From an uncultured bacterium (lineage in GTDB: Bacteria > Krumholzibacteriota > Krumholzibacteriia > Krumholzibacteriales > Krumholzibacteriaceae), in the NCBI GenBank assembly GCA_963786935.1, contig CAWBAN010000001.1, positions 1,408,001 through 1,472,000 on the forward strand: 64,000 bases of DNA, given 5' to 3'. The notes below the pieces were generated by a model that saw nothing but the letters and a program-made list of their open reading frames with translations, made no database searches and was not told where the DNA came from. The position numbers and the translations under genes are program-made. Below are positions 50,683 to 59,906 of this stretch, piece after piece. Positions within the stretch are counted from its first letter, which is position 1. Each line of letters starts with the position of its first letter.

Positions 50683-52227
50683 TTACCGCCGGATTCTGCC
50701 GTTCAGAACGAGGTGCTCGACGTGCGAGACGACGTCCTGATCGAATTTCTCTCGCTGGCTCTTGAGCTGATCGATGCTCTCTTCAAGGGAATAGGCGCGC
50801 CGGTAGGGGCGATCGCTCGTCATGGCGTCGAAGCTGTCGGCCACGGCGACGATACGGGCCCCGAGGGAAATCTCGCTCCCCTTGAGGTGATCCGGGTAAC
50901 CCTTCCCGTCGAGCCGCTCGTGGTGATGGCGGACGAGGTCGCACGCCTGCTCGAGGAACTTCATGTTCTTGATGATATTCGCCCCGACCTCGGGATGGCT
51001 CCTGACGATGTCCCACTCCTGTTCGGTGAGCTCTCCCGGCTTGTTGAGAATGTTCTCGTACACGCCGAGCTTGCCGATGTCGTGGAGCGCGGCGCCGAAG
51101 CTCACGATCTCGACGTCGCGTTTCGGCAGATGCATCTCCTCGGCGATCATGCGGGCGTACTCGGCGACGCGGTCGGTGTGGCCCCGCGTGTACGCGTCCT
51201 TCGCCTCGATCGTCGAGACGAGCAGCTTGATCGTCGACAGGTAGGTCGCCTGCAGCTCGGCGTAGAGCCTCGCGTTTTCGAGGCCGGTCGCGGCCGACGT
51301 GCAGATCGACTTGAACAGCTCGAGCTCGTCGTGGGAATACTCCTGTCGGTTCACCTTTCCGCCGATGAACACGATCCCGATGAGCCGCGATTTCACGATG
51401 AGGGGATACCCGTAATCGAATCCGAAACGCGTGAGAAAATCAGCCTCGCGTTTCGCGTCCTCCGGGAACTCCGCGCCGCCGAGCCTGACGCACGCCTGCT
51501 TGCCGAGAAGATACGCCGACAGGGCGATCTCGCGCGAGAGCCGCACCGACTGGAGCACGCCGTTGGAAACGCTGCTGCCCCCCGCGTACGACAGGTAGCC
51601 GTCCATCTCGTCCAACGCGTAAAAGAGCGCCACCGAGCCCACGCCGAGCTGTCCGAGGACGGTCAGGCAGAAGACGCGGATGAGATCGTCGGGATCGCGG
51701 AGCCGGTTGAGATCCTGGCTGAGGCCCGACAGGGAGCGCATGTCGAGGACCTTCTTCTTGAGCTCGCGGTTGATCCGCGAATAATCGGCGTGCCCGCGGA
51801 GCACCTCCCCCTCGAGCTGCAGATTCTGCTCGCGGAGGTTGTTCTTGCGGCTCGCCTGTGCGAGGTAGTTCTCGATCTTGACGAGCATCTCCTTGAGGGA
51901 AAACGGCTTTTTGAGATAATCCTGCGCGCCCGCCCGAAGCCCCTTGACCATCGAATCCTGGATCGAATTCGCCGAAATCATGATAACCGGCACGTCGCGA
52001 TGGACGTCCCGCGCGCGGATCGAATCGCAGACCTCGAAGCCGTCCTTCCCGGGCAGCGCGACGTCGAGCACGACGAGATCCGGCTGGAAGCTGTCGTACT
52101 TCTCGAGCGCCGCGTCCCCGTCGGAGGCCGATTCGGTCGCGTACCCCTTGTTCCGCAGGCACTCGGTCAATATCTCGATGACGTTGGGGTCGTCGTCGAC
52201 GACCAGGATGCTTCCGTTGCCGCTCAC
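50683..52227 (-). CDS. REC-GAF-HD-GYP c-di-GMP phosphodiesterase response regulator
   Basis: VVDDD...LDVALP...KP receiver; GAF; YTRGH, LHDIGK, HHERLDGKGYP, VADSFDAM, RPY. Confidence 0.92.
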   Translation of the reverse strand: MSGNGSILVVDDDPNVIEILTECLRNKGYATESASDGDAALEKYDSFQPDLVVLDVALPGKDGFEVCDSIRARDVHRDVPVIMISANSIQDSMVKGLRAGAQDYLKKPFSLKEMLVKIENYLAQASRKNNLREQNLQLEGEVLRGHADYSRINRELKKKVLDMRSLSGLSQDLNRLRDPDDLIRVFCLTVLGQLGVGSVALFYALDEMDGYLSYAGGSSVSNGVLQSVRLSREIALSAYLLGKQACVRLGGAEFPEDAKREADFLTRFGFDYGYPLIVKSRLIGIVFIGGKVNRQEYSHDELELFKSICTSAATGLENARLYAELQATYLSTIKLLVSTIEAKDAYTRGHTDRVAEYARMIAEEMHLPKRDVEIVSFGAALHDIGKLGVYENILNKPGELTEQEWDIVRSHPEVGANIIKNMKFLEQACDLVRHHHERLDGKGYPDHLKGSEISLGARIVAVADSFDAMTSDRPYRRAYSLEESIDQLKSQREKFDQDVVSHVEHLVLNGRIRR

Positions 52228-52242
52228 GTGATCGATTTCCTC

Positions 52243-54054
52243 CTACGGCGTCGCCACGGTCTGGTACACCGATTGCGCTATTTCCTTCTCCATGATTCGC
52301 GCGAAATGCATGATGACCTCGCGGTCATACCGCAGCCCGTAATTCTCCTTGAGCGCGCCGAGCGCCTCGCGCTCCGAGAGCGCGGGTCTCGTCGGGCGCT
52401 CGTGTATCATCGCGGCGTAGCTCTCGATGACCGATATGATCCGCGAGCCGAGGGGGATTTCCTTGCCGCGCAGGCCGTACGGGTATCCCTCGCCGTTGAA
52501 CCGCTCGTGGTGCGTCCGCACGATGCCGATGACGTGATCGCTGAACTTCATCCGCGACAGCATCTCGGCCCCGTCCTCGGGGTGCCGCTTGATGATCTCC
52601 CACTCTTCCTTCGTGAGGTCGCGCGGGCTTCGCAGGATGAGGTCGCTCACCTTCACCATGCCCATGTCCCGGAGCACCGTGCCGTAGACCAGATCCTTGA
52701 AATGCTCCTCCGGATAATCCATGTTCTTCGCCACCATGCCCACGTATCGGGAGACGATCTCGGACGTCCCCTTGAGAAGCGTGTTTTCCTCGATGATCGA
52801 GATGAGCGTCTTGACGATGCCGAGCGTGCGTTCATGCTCCCGGTCGAACATCATCGCGTTGTCGTACGCCCCCTGGGCGATGTTGACGAGAATGCGCAGG
52901 AACTCGAAGTCCTCCTGCTTCATGCCTCTGCCGGCGATTCGCTTGCCGAGCAGCACGATTCCCGATATCCCGTCCTTCGTCCGGAACGGGCACACGTATT
53001 CGATTCCCTCGTTCTTGATGACGGCCCTGGCGCGCTCGTCCATCGGGAATCCGTCGACCGGGATCACGTTATTCTCCCCCGTCGCCTTCAGAATGGCGTC
53101 GGCGGGCACGTCGAGGCGCATGAGCGCATCGGGCTCGAAGCCCTTCGACATCGTCGGCTTGAAGGATTTCCCCTGATTTTCGAGAAATACGGCCGATTCG
53201 ACCCCCCCCTGCGCGATCGCGGTGAGGAGGAATATGTCGAGGAGCTTCCGGCGGTCCCAGATCGCGTTGAAATCGGCGCTGATCGAGAAGAGCGTCTTGA
53301 GCTCGAGGATGCGCCGCCGGAGCTGCCGGTTGAGATCGACGATCGCTTCGTCATCCTTTTTCTGCGGCGGCTGCTCGGCGGGCTTCCTTCCGGGCCCGCG
53401 GCTCAATGCGGGAAGCGCGGCGGCGGACGGCCCGCTGAATATCTCGGCGATGATCTCTTCGGCGTCCTCGTCGATTTCAGGATCGGCTGAAGCGGACGGA
53501 GCCGGTTCGGCCGGGCCCGGCTGCGATGCGGCGACGACGTTGTCGTACGGCATCAGGATCACGCCCGGCGCGGCGGGCGTCGGCGCGACGTCCGCGCTCG
53601 GCGCTGCATTCGGCGGCGCCGCGCTCACCGGCGGCGCTGCATTCGGCGGCGCGGGGCTCGCCGGAGCCGCGGCGGATTCCGCCGGGGCGCCCGCCCGGGT
53701 CGCGGACGGCTTGCCGGCGGCGTCGAGCGCTTCCGCGAGCGAGCGATGGATCGAAACGGACCGCTCGCCGTCCTGGAGGAATTGCGCGATGATGTCGTTC
53801 GTGACGGCGAACCGCACATCGCCGCCCTTCGAGACGAGCGCGTCGACGAAATCGCGGAGAATTTTGGCGACGCCGCCGCCGAGCGACGAGAGCTCGGAGA
53901 AATCGAAGATGACGGCGCGCAGATCCCGTTTGAGGCATTCCTCGACGAGGCGCTGCACCTTGGCGTTCTCGTGGAAGCCGAGCTTCCCCTCGATCCGGAA
54001 CGCGGCGACGCCCGGGATGCCTGATTCGACCCTTTCGAATTTCGTTCTCACCAT
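52243..54054 (-). CDS. STAS-like + Pro/Ala linker + GAF + degenerate HD-GYP protein
   Basis: STAS-like N-terminus; HHERFNGEGYP retained, but LRDMG replaces LHDIG and IESY replaces ADSF. Confidence 0.85.
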   Translation of the reverse strand: MVRTKFERVESGIPGVAAFRIEGKLGFHENAKVQRLVEECLKRDLRAVIFDFSELSSLGGGVAKILRDFVDALVSKGGDVRFAVTNDIIAQFLQDGERSVSIHRSLAEALDAAGKPSATRAGAPAESAAAPASPAPPNAAPPVSAAPPNAAPSADVAPTPAAPGVILMPYDNVVAASQPGPAEPAPSASADPEIDEDAEEIIAEIFSGPSAAALPALSRGPGRKPAEQPPQKKDDEAIVDLNRQLRRRILELKTLFSISADFNAIWDRRKLLDIFLLTAIAQGGVESAVFLENQGKSFKPTMSKGFEPDALMRLDVPADAILKATGENNVIPVDGFPMDERARAVIKNEGIEYVCPFRTKDGISGIVLLGKRIAGRGMKQEDFEFLRILVNIAQGAYDNAMMFDREHERTLGIVKTLISIIEENTLLKGTSEIVSRYVGMVAKNMDYPEEHFKDLVYGTVLRDMGMVKVSDLILRSPRDLTKEEWEIIKRHPEDGAEMLSRMKFSDHVIGIVRTHHERFNGEGYPYGLRGKEIPLGSRIISVIESYAAMIHERPTRPALSEREALGALKENYGLRYDREVIMHFARIMEKEIAQSVYQTVATP

Positions 54055-54079
54055 CGGATTGTTCCCTGCCGCGAAGCGG

Positions 54080-54322
54080 TCACTCAAGGACCTTGACCAC
54101 CTCTTCTTCCTGAGCGAGCCAGCGGTCGAGAACGCTCCTCAGGAAGCGCCATTCGCTTCCGACCTTCTTCGCCGGTATTTTCTTTTCCTTGGCCAGCCGG
54201 CAAACGGTCTTCACATGCATCTTGAGGTACTCCGCCGCCTCGACCGACGTCATGACCTCGGTCGCGTCGTCATGGCCTCCGATGATGATGCTGCCGTAAT
54301 CGTGCTGATGCTGACTAGACAT
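54080..54322 (-). CDS. Excisionase-family (HTH_17/BldC-like) DNA-binding protein
   Basis: VMTSVEAAEYLKMHVKTVCRLAKEKKIPAKKVGSEWRF; GAGGTGG SD. Confidence 0.88.
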   Translation of the reverse strand: MSSQHQHDYGSIIIGGHDDATEVMTSVEAAEYLKMHVKTVCRLAKEKKIPAKKVGSEWRFLRSVLDRWLAQEEEVVKVLE

Positions 54323-54378
54323 TGCCACCTCTCTCCGTTGGTGGTCCGACCTCGCCCCTGCCCGAGAGATCGGTCCGC

Positions 54379-55992
54379 TCATGAATGCACACGCGGGACC
54401 GTTACCTCCTGATCGCTCCCCTGCCCACCATCCTCGTATGTACCTGCTTCCTCCGGGCCGCCTTCGATGCCCCGAAGAGAGCTCGTGATTCGCAGCAGAA
54501 GATCCGTATCGATGATCGGGAACTCCTCTTCCCCGAGATTCAACGTCATGCGCGCAAGCGACGCCCATGATCCTTCCGTCACCTGTTCCGCGAGGCAATC
54601 GACCGTGCGGCCCGCGCCGTCGATGAGGAGGCCGAACCGCTTCTCGGCCCGGCCGATGACGAGCACGCGATCGGCCTTCCCGGACGACTCGAATTCGTCG
54701 ACCACGGCGATCTCCTCGAGCGCGTACACGGGCACGCGCCCGCCCGCGACGGTCACGGAGCGCCCCCCCGAATCGCGACCGGACTCGATCGCGTCCGTGC
54801 CGACCGTCGAATCGATCGCGTGCGCCGGCACGGCGATCTTCTTGCCCGACGCGTTGCAGATGCGGTAATCGGTCCTCCCGTTCGCGCGCGGGAGGGTGAA
54901 CATGAACCGCCCCTCGCTTCCACCCCCCGGCTCGATCCAAAGGAGCGAGCCGAATCCCTCGAGCCGGCTCCGGATTTCCCTGAAGCATGGATAGAACGCG
55001 CCCGCGTCGTCGCGGTCGATCTTCGAATCGCACAGGAAATCGGGGGCGTTGTCCTGTATCTTCACGACGAGGAACGAGCCCTCGGCCCGTATGTCGACGC
55101 CGATCGCGAGCGACAGGTCGTCGCGGACTTCGTTCCGCTTGCAGATATCGAATATGCACCTGATGAGCACGGCGGCGAGCGCGGTCGCGTTCTCGCGGTC
55201 GAGCGTGCATTCGACGCAGCGCGTCGCGAGCCGGGCGTTCCAGCGCCGGAGCTTCAGGTATGCGCCGAAGAAATCCTTCAGCCCGTCGAGCACGACATCG
55301 CCCGATATCCGCGCCGTGAAGGGCTTCGTGCTCTTTCCCACCATGCGCACCGTCTCCGCCGCGAGCCCCATGTAGAATTCGCTTTCGCCGAACGCCGCCT
55401 CGAGATCGCGCACCGACTTTTCCCCGCGGCTCGGCTTGTCGATGAACTCCTGGAACATGTCACGGACCGCGGCGAGCGATTCCATCAGCCGCGTGAACGT
55501 CGGAACGTGCTCCCGATCCGCCGCGCCGTCCTCCGCGGGACGTCTCTCGCCCGCCGGTGCGGGGGCGATCGTCAGCGTTTCCGCGGCCTGCTCCTGCGGC
55601 TCGTTCGTGAGGCACTCGATCTCTTTCAACAGGCCCTCGAACTGCTCGTGACGGCCGAGCTCCTCGAGCTCGCCCGCGAGAATCTCCGCGACGATCTGCT
55701 CCTCGATCTCGAGGATCTCCGATACGAGCGTGGCGAGCTGCTCGTCCCAGCACCGTCCCGCGGTCGCCGAGCGCTCCATGAGGTCGCGGAACGCCTTGAG
55801 CGTCCTGCTCCAATCGGCGAGCTCGAGCATGCGCGTGCTCCCCTCGAGGAGACGCGTCGAGAGGCATGCCCGGCGGATCGGCTGCTCGCCGAAGCGAGCG
55901 CCCGAGGAGAAGCCCATGAGGTCGTTGAGCTTCTCGATGTGGTCGTTGACCTGCTCGCCGAACAGACGCCTGTTATCTTCGTTCAGTATCAC
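54379..55992 (-). CDS. Degenerate CheA-like protein (Hpt-like, HATPase-like, CheW domain)
   Basis: Hpt-like RLLEGSTRMLEL; IQDN...GRFMFTLP; CheW-like IAVP...RVPVY...GLLID; start GTG 55992 or TTG 55995. Confidence 0.75.
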   Translation of the reverse strand: MILNEDNRRLFGEQVNDHIEKLNDLMGFSSGARFGEQPIRRACLSTRLLEGSTRMLELADWSRTLKAFRDLMERSATAGRCWDEQLATLVSEILEIEEQIVAEILAGELEELGRHEQFEGLLKEIECLTNEPQEQAAETLTIAPAPAGERRPAEDGAADREHVPTFTRLMESLAAVRDMFQEFIDKPSRGEKSVRDLEAAFGESEFYMGLAAETVRMVGKSTKPFTARISGDVVLDGLKDFFGAYLKLRRWNARLATRCVECTLDRENATALAAVLIRCIFDICKRNEVRDDLSLAIGVDIRAEGSFLVVKIQDNAPDFLCDSKIDRDDAGAFYPCFREIRSRLEGFGSLLWIEPGGGSEGRFMFTLPRANGRTDYRICNASGKKIAVPAHAIDSTVGTDAIESGRDSGGRSVTVAGGRVPVYALEEIAVVDEFESSGKADRVLVIGRAEKRFGLLIDGAGRTVDCLAEQVTEGSWASLARMTLNLGEEEFPIIDTDLLLRITSSLRGIEGGPEEAGTYEDGGQGSDQEVTVPRVHS

Positions 55993-56005
55993 CAAGCGGC
56001 GCACC

Positions 56006-57880
56006 TCATCTCTGTACCGGGCTCTCCTCGACGTACTCGACGGCGCCGAGGTCGAAAAGATCGTGAACGGGATCGTCGTCGCGTTTTTCGGCGGCCGGCG
56101 TCGATTCCGCGGCCGGCTCGAACGCGACTTCGGGCTCTTCACGCGGCGTTGCGGGCGCCGCCGCCTGCACCGTGACGTCCACCTGCCCCGCATCTTCCTC
56201 CACGTCCGCCTTCTCGACTTCCACGGTGCGCCATGCGCGCTCGGACGCGCCGTCGAGATTCCTCAGGGACGTCATATCGGAAAAATCGGACGATTGTTTC
56301 TCTCGCGGCTGCTCGGTCTGCGGCTTCGGCTCCGTTTTCCGCTCGGGTTCCGCCGCCTGCGCGAACGCCGCCCTCATCTCGTCGAGATTCTCGAACGAAA
56401 AGCTCTGCTCCTCGCCGGCGCCGCCCGCGGCCGTTTCGCGGGACGCTCCCCGCGCGCCCACACCGCCCCACGACGAGCCGTGATCGATAACGAGGCCGGC
56501 ATCGTCCGCCGAATCGGCGGCGGGAGCCGTGTCGGCCGCGACGGGCCGCGCATCCGGAGCGCTCGCCGGTTCGGCCGCGGCGGCCGGCCGCGATTCCTTC
56601 CGCCCGTCTCCCAGCAGAAGCTCGTGCACGTCGTGCAGCTCGCTTCCGAGACCCATGATCCGCGTTTCGAGCGCGGCGCTTCGCCCTTCGATCCGCCGCG
56701 CGATTTCCACGATGGCGCCGGAAACGTCCGCGCCGACGGGTGGCCCGTCGACGTCGGCGGACATGCCGGAACACTCTTTGATCGCGTAGCAGTTACCGAG
56801 AAGCCCCTGGGCGATGGTCGAAACGCCGCCGCTCAGCTTATGGAAGCGCTCGGCGGTCGAGCGAACGCGCTCCGCGAACGTCGCCAGGGCGTGCTCGTCC
56901 ACGTCGCCGCGCGCCGCCATGAGCGCGAGCTGTATCGCGATCCCGTTGTTTTCCTCGGAGAACTCGTGCAGCGCGCGGCCGCCTTCCTCGAGCTTGCGGA
57001 CGGCGCCTTCCATGTCGACGACGGTCGACTTGAGCGTTCCCTTCCGCGAGCCGGCTGCGTCCTTCGGAGCCGCCGCGCGCCCTCGGGCGTCGGCGCCGAT
57101 GCGCTCCGCGACGCTCGTGAGCTCGGCGACGGCGTTCGTGATCGCGAGCAGCTCTTCTCCGGCGCCGCTGATCGCCTCCATCGCCTTGCCGTAGGCGAGG
57201 GCGGCCTGGCCGTACGCCCGGCGCTCCCGCGCGTTCCGCTGTTCCAGCTCCGCGATGCGCGCGCGGTCGGTTTCGACGCGATCGCGCAGCTTGTCGTAAA
57301 TCGAACCGGCGTCGCTCCCCTCGGGCGCGTCCCCCGCGGCGGCGTTTCCGCCGAGCAGGCTCTCGATCTCCGATTTGAGGTCGGCGTAGTTCGACACGGT
57401 GTCCTTCGTCCCGAGATCCTGGGAAATCTCGCGAATCTGATCGCCGTAGCTCCGCAGCACCGCCTGAAGCTCGGGATACGGGGAGAGCCGCGCGATCTGC
57501 GCCGGATTCGTGAGATCGTCGATGCTTTCGGCGAGCGATATCATCGAGCGGTAGTCCTGCCCCGAGTCGAGATAGAATTTATAGCGATGCACCGCGGACG
57601 CGATGAGGAAATACGCGAAGAGAGAAACGATGACGACGGCCGCCGCGAGCGGCGCCATGTCGTTGACGAAGAGCATCGAATTGACGGTCCAGCCGCTCGT
57701 CCCCGACTCGATCCACTTGAGATCGACGTCGTAGAAGCTCACGAGGTAATACCCCACCCCAAGGCTCATGAACACAAGAAGAAGAGACACGAATATCCCT
57801 ATTTTCCAGGGCGACGTGAGGACCGGCCGCTTGCTCCCGCCCCCGTTCTTCTTCGCCTTCGACTTCTTGTTCTTCTTCAC
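56006..57880 (-). CDS. Membrane MCP-like protein with degenerate signalling hairpin
   Basis: Two TM helices; EENNGIAIQLALMAARGD...ATFAERVRSTAER resembles the MCP tip; acidic low-complexity tail ending LFDLGAVEY; GTG start after AAGGAG. Confidence 0.75.
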   Translation of the reverse strand: MKKNKKSKAKKNGGGSKRPVLTSPWKIGIFVSLLLVFMSLGVGYYLVSFYDVDLKWIESGTSGWTVNSMLFVNDMAPLAAAVVIVSLFAYFLIASAVHRYKFYLDSGQDYRSMISLAESIDDLTNPAQIARLSPYPELQAVLRSYGDQIREISQDLGTKDTVSNYADLKSEIESLLGGNAAAGDAPEGSDAGSIYDKLRDRVETDRARIAELEQRNARERRAYGQAALAYGKAMEAISGAGEELLAITNAVAELTSVAERIGADARGRAAAPKDAAGSRKGTLKSTVVDMEGAVRKLEEGGRALHEFSEENNGIAIQLALMAARGDVDEHALATFAERVRSTAERFHKLSGGVSTIAQGLLGNCYAIKECSGMSADVDGPPVGADVSGAIVEIARRIEGRSAALETRIMGLGSELHDVHELLLGDGRKESRPAAAAEPASAPDARPVAADTAPAADSADDAGLVIDHGSSWGGVGARGASRETAAGGAGEEQSFSFENLDEMRAAFAQAAEPERKTEPKPQTEQPREKQSSDFSDMTSLRNLDGASERAWRTVEVEKADVEEDAGQVDVTVQAAAPATPREEPEVAFEPAAESTPAAEKRDDDPVHDLFDLGAVEYVEESPVQR

Positions 57881-57973
57881 CTTTATCTCCTTCATCGTCA
57901 TATGCAACACGAACGGTCCGGTTCGCTCTTCCGGCGTTCAGAAAGCTCGTAATTCGTGGTCGATGCGGCAGTT

Positions 57974-57989
57974 CGCAAGTATTATGCCA
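57974..57989 (-). promoter_or_regulatory. sigma54 (-24/-12) promoter of the MCP-like operon
   Basis: Minus strand TGGCAT-AATAC-TTGCG (GG-N10-GC). Confidence 0.75.
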
Positions 57990-58116
57990 GGGGTCGCCGG
58001 GCACCAAACTGCCGCTCCTATAAGGTGTTATGAGGAATTTCGAAGGAAAAATAGGGATAGGGCGCAGCAATGCGCGGCGGGCGCTTTGCGTTTTGCATGG
58101 ATGCGCGCGGGGCCGA

Positions 58117-58920
58117 TCAGCGCCGGGCGCGGACGAGGGAACGGTAGAGCCGCGGCGCGCGGTCCCTGAAGAGATGGTTGTTCGGCGTGAAATTCTTGTC
58201 GTCCGCCGCCGCGACGTCCACCTCGACGACCCGGAGCGACTCGCTGCGGTCGCTCGCGGAGGCGAGCACCTCCCCCGCCGGTCCCACGATCTGGCTCCCG
58301 CCGGTGAAGGAGAGGGACACGTCTCCGCGTCGTTCGCTCCCGATGCGGTTCGCCGTGATCGCGAAGACGCGGTTCTCGATGCAGCGCGTCTTCATCGCGT
58401 CCTGCGCGTACGGGAGCACGAGGTTCGACGGATGGCAGAGAATGTGCGCCCCTTCGAGCGCGAGCGCGCGGGATATCTCGGGGAAGACCCAATCGAAGCA
58501 GATGAGCATCCCGAGCTTCGCCTCGCCGGCCGAGACGACCTTCAGCGACGAGCCTCTCGCGAAGAAGAGCTTTTCGCGGTCGAAGAGATGCGCCTTCTGG
58601 TAGACCTCGACCTTCCCCTTCGGCGAGACGAAGACCGCGGAGTTGTAGAACTTCCCCCGCTGCTTCTGCGCGACGCCGAACACGAGGTTCAAGCGCTTCC
58701 GCTTGGCCAGCTTCAGCATCTCGGACACCGTGTATCCCCCGGGGACGGCTTCGGCGAGAGACGAGAGCTCTTCCTCGTTCCGGAAGAGGTATCCTGTGTT
58801 GAACAGCTCGGGGAGCACGATCGTCGCGTCGGAGATCCTGTCGAGCACCGCCGCCGCCTTGCGGACGTTCTCCCTGACCTCCCCGAACCGCGGATGCATT
58901 TGCAGAAAACCGATTCGCAT
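58117..58920 (-). CDS. Carbon-nitrogen hydrolase (nitrilase family)
   Basis: Catalytic triad LPEL, YQKAHL, ICFDW. Confidence 0.93.
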   Translation of the reverse strand: MRIGFLQMHPRFGEVRENVRKAAAVLDRISDATIVLPELFNTGYLFRNEEELSSLAEAVPGGYTVSEMLKLAKRKRLNLVFGVAQKQRGKFYNSAVFVSPKGKVEVYQKAHLFDREKLFFARGSSLKVVSAGEAKLGMLICFDWVFPEISRALALEGAHILCHPSNLVLPYAQDAMKTRCIENRVFAITANRIGSERRGDVSLSFTGGSQIVGPAGEVLASASDRSESLRVVEVDVAAADDKNFTPNNHLFRDRAPRLYRSLVRARR

Positions 58921-59042
58921 CCCTTTCCCTCCGTTTTGTGTGGCCGCGCCGGACCGCGCACGGCGCAGGCTCGAATTATAGCAGATAACTCGTCGCAAAA
59001 CATCGGCTTATTGAAAACGGGGCGCGGAGGCCGCGTGCCGCG

Positions 59043-59058
59043 TGGCATGGAGCTTGCA
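59043..59058 (+). promoter_or_regulatory. sigma54 (-24/-12) promoter
   Basis: TGGCAT-GGAGC-TTGCA. Confidence 0.75.
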
Positions 59059-59114
59059 CGAATCGAGGCGGATATCGGTTCATGCATCGTGCGCTGCATC
59101 AGGAGCGAAGCACC

Positions 59115-59906
59115 ATGGCGGTCGCGACACTGCATACGTTTCCCGGCGCCCCGCGGCAGATCTCGCCTCAGGAAGCGTACTTCTTCATGATGAACGCCCT
59201 CCTCCACAGCAGGATGGAGGCGGGCTTCCCGTCGAACGACGACTGCTTCGACGAAGACGTGAACGTCTATCTCGCGGGGCTGCTTGCGTCCCTCGTGTAT
59301 CCGCTGCGCGAGGCGGACAGGACGCGCGGCACGCCCTGCGGAGACGCGTCTCTCTTCGAAGCGGCGGGCGCGGCGGCCGGGACGAGGGAACGATTCGACC
59401 TGTACCGGCGCGCCGGCGATTCGCTTCTCGTGTCGCTCGGCATCTTCAAGAACGCGCGCTCGAGGCGGCCCGACTCGGTGCCGCACCTCGCGCTGAGCGA
59501 CGCGGCCCACATCGGCCGGGGAAAGGCGTACTACGCGATCGCGCGCGCCTACGCCGCGCAGATCCACCGCCGGAACACCGCGATCGGCGAGGTGCTCGGG
59601 AAGCTCTCGGATAATTTCGAACGGTACCTCGGCGTCCTCTCCCTCATGGGGGGAGAGCACCTCAACATCTTCAAACAGCTCTCGCAGGGGGAGCTCTATC
59701 ATCTCGAGAGCGCGCCGCGGCCGGTCGAACGGAGCGCGGATCTCGCGGCCCGGTACGACCGGTTCCTCGATCGGTATTCCGTATACCTGCGGGATAAATC
59801 GGCTTCCGCGCGGGATGCGCTCGTCGCGGCCGTCGAGGGAGTCCGGGAGATGGATCCCTCGTTCTCGTTCGATCTCGACGCGCGGGAGCGCGTCAGCCCT
59901 GCTTGA
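59115..59906 (+). CDS. Helical hypothetical protein
   Basis: AGGAG SD, typical codon bias; YLAGLL...YRRAGDSLL..LGIF...GKAYY. Confidence 0.75.
   Translation: MAVATLHTFPGAPRQISPQEAYFFMMNALLHSRMEAGFPSNDDCFDEDVNVYLAGLLASLVYPLREADRTRGTPCGDASLFEAAGAAAGTRERFDLYRRAGDSLLVSLGIFKNARSRRPDSVPHLALSDAAHIGRGKAYYAIARAYAAQIHRRNTAIGEVLGKLSDNFERYLGVLSLMGGEHLNIFKQLSQGELYHLESAPRPVERSADLAARYDRFLDRYSVYLRDKSASARDALVAAVEGVREMDPSFSFDLDARERVSPA

Noticed and set aside
54080..54322. Excisionase-like gene as evidence of a prophage or ICE
   Set aside because: No integrase, att repeats or phage genes; it is embedded in a signalling operon
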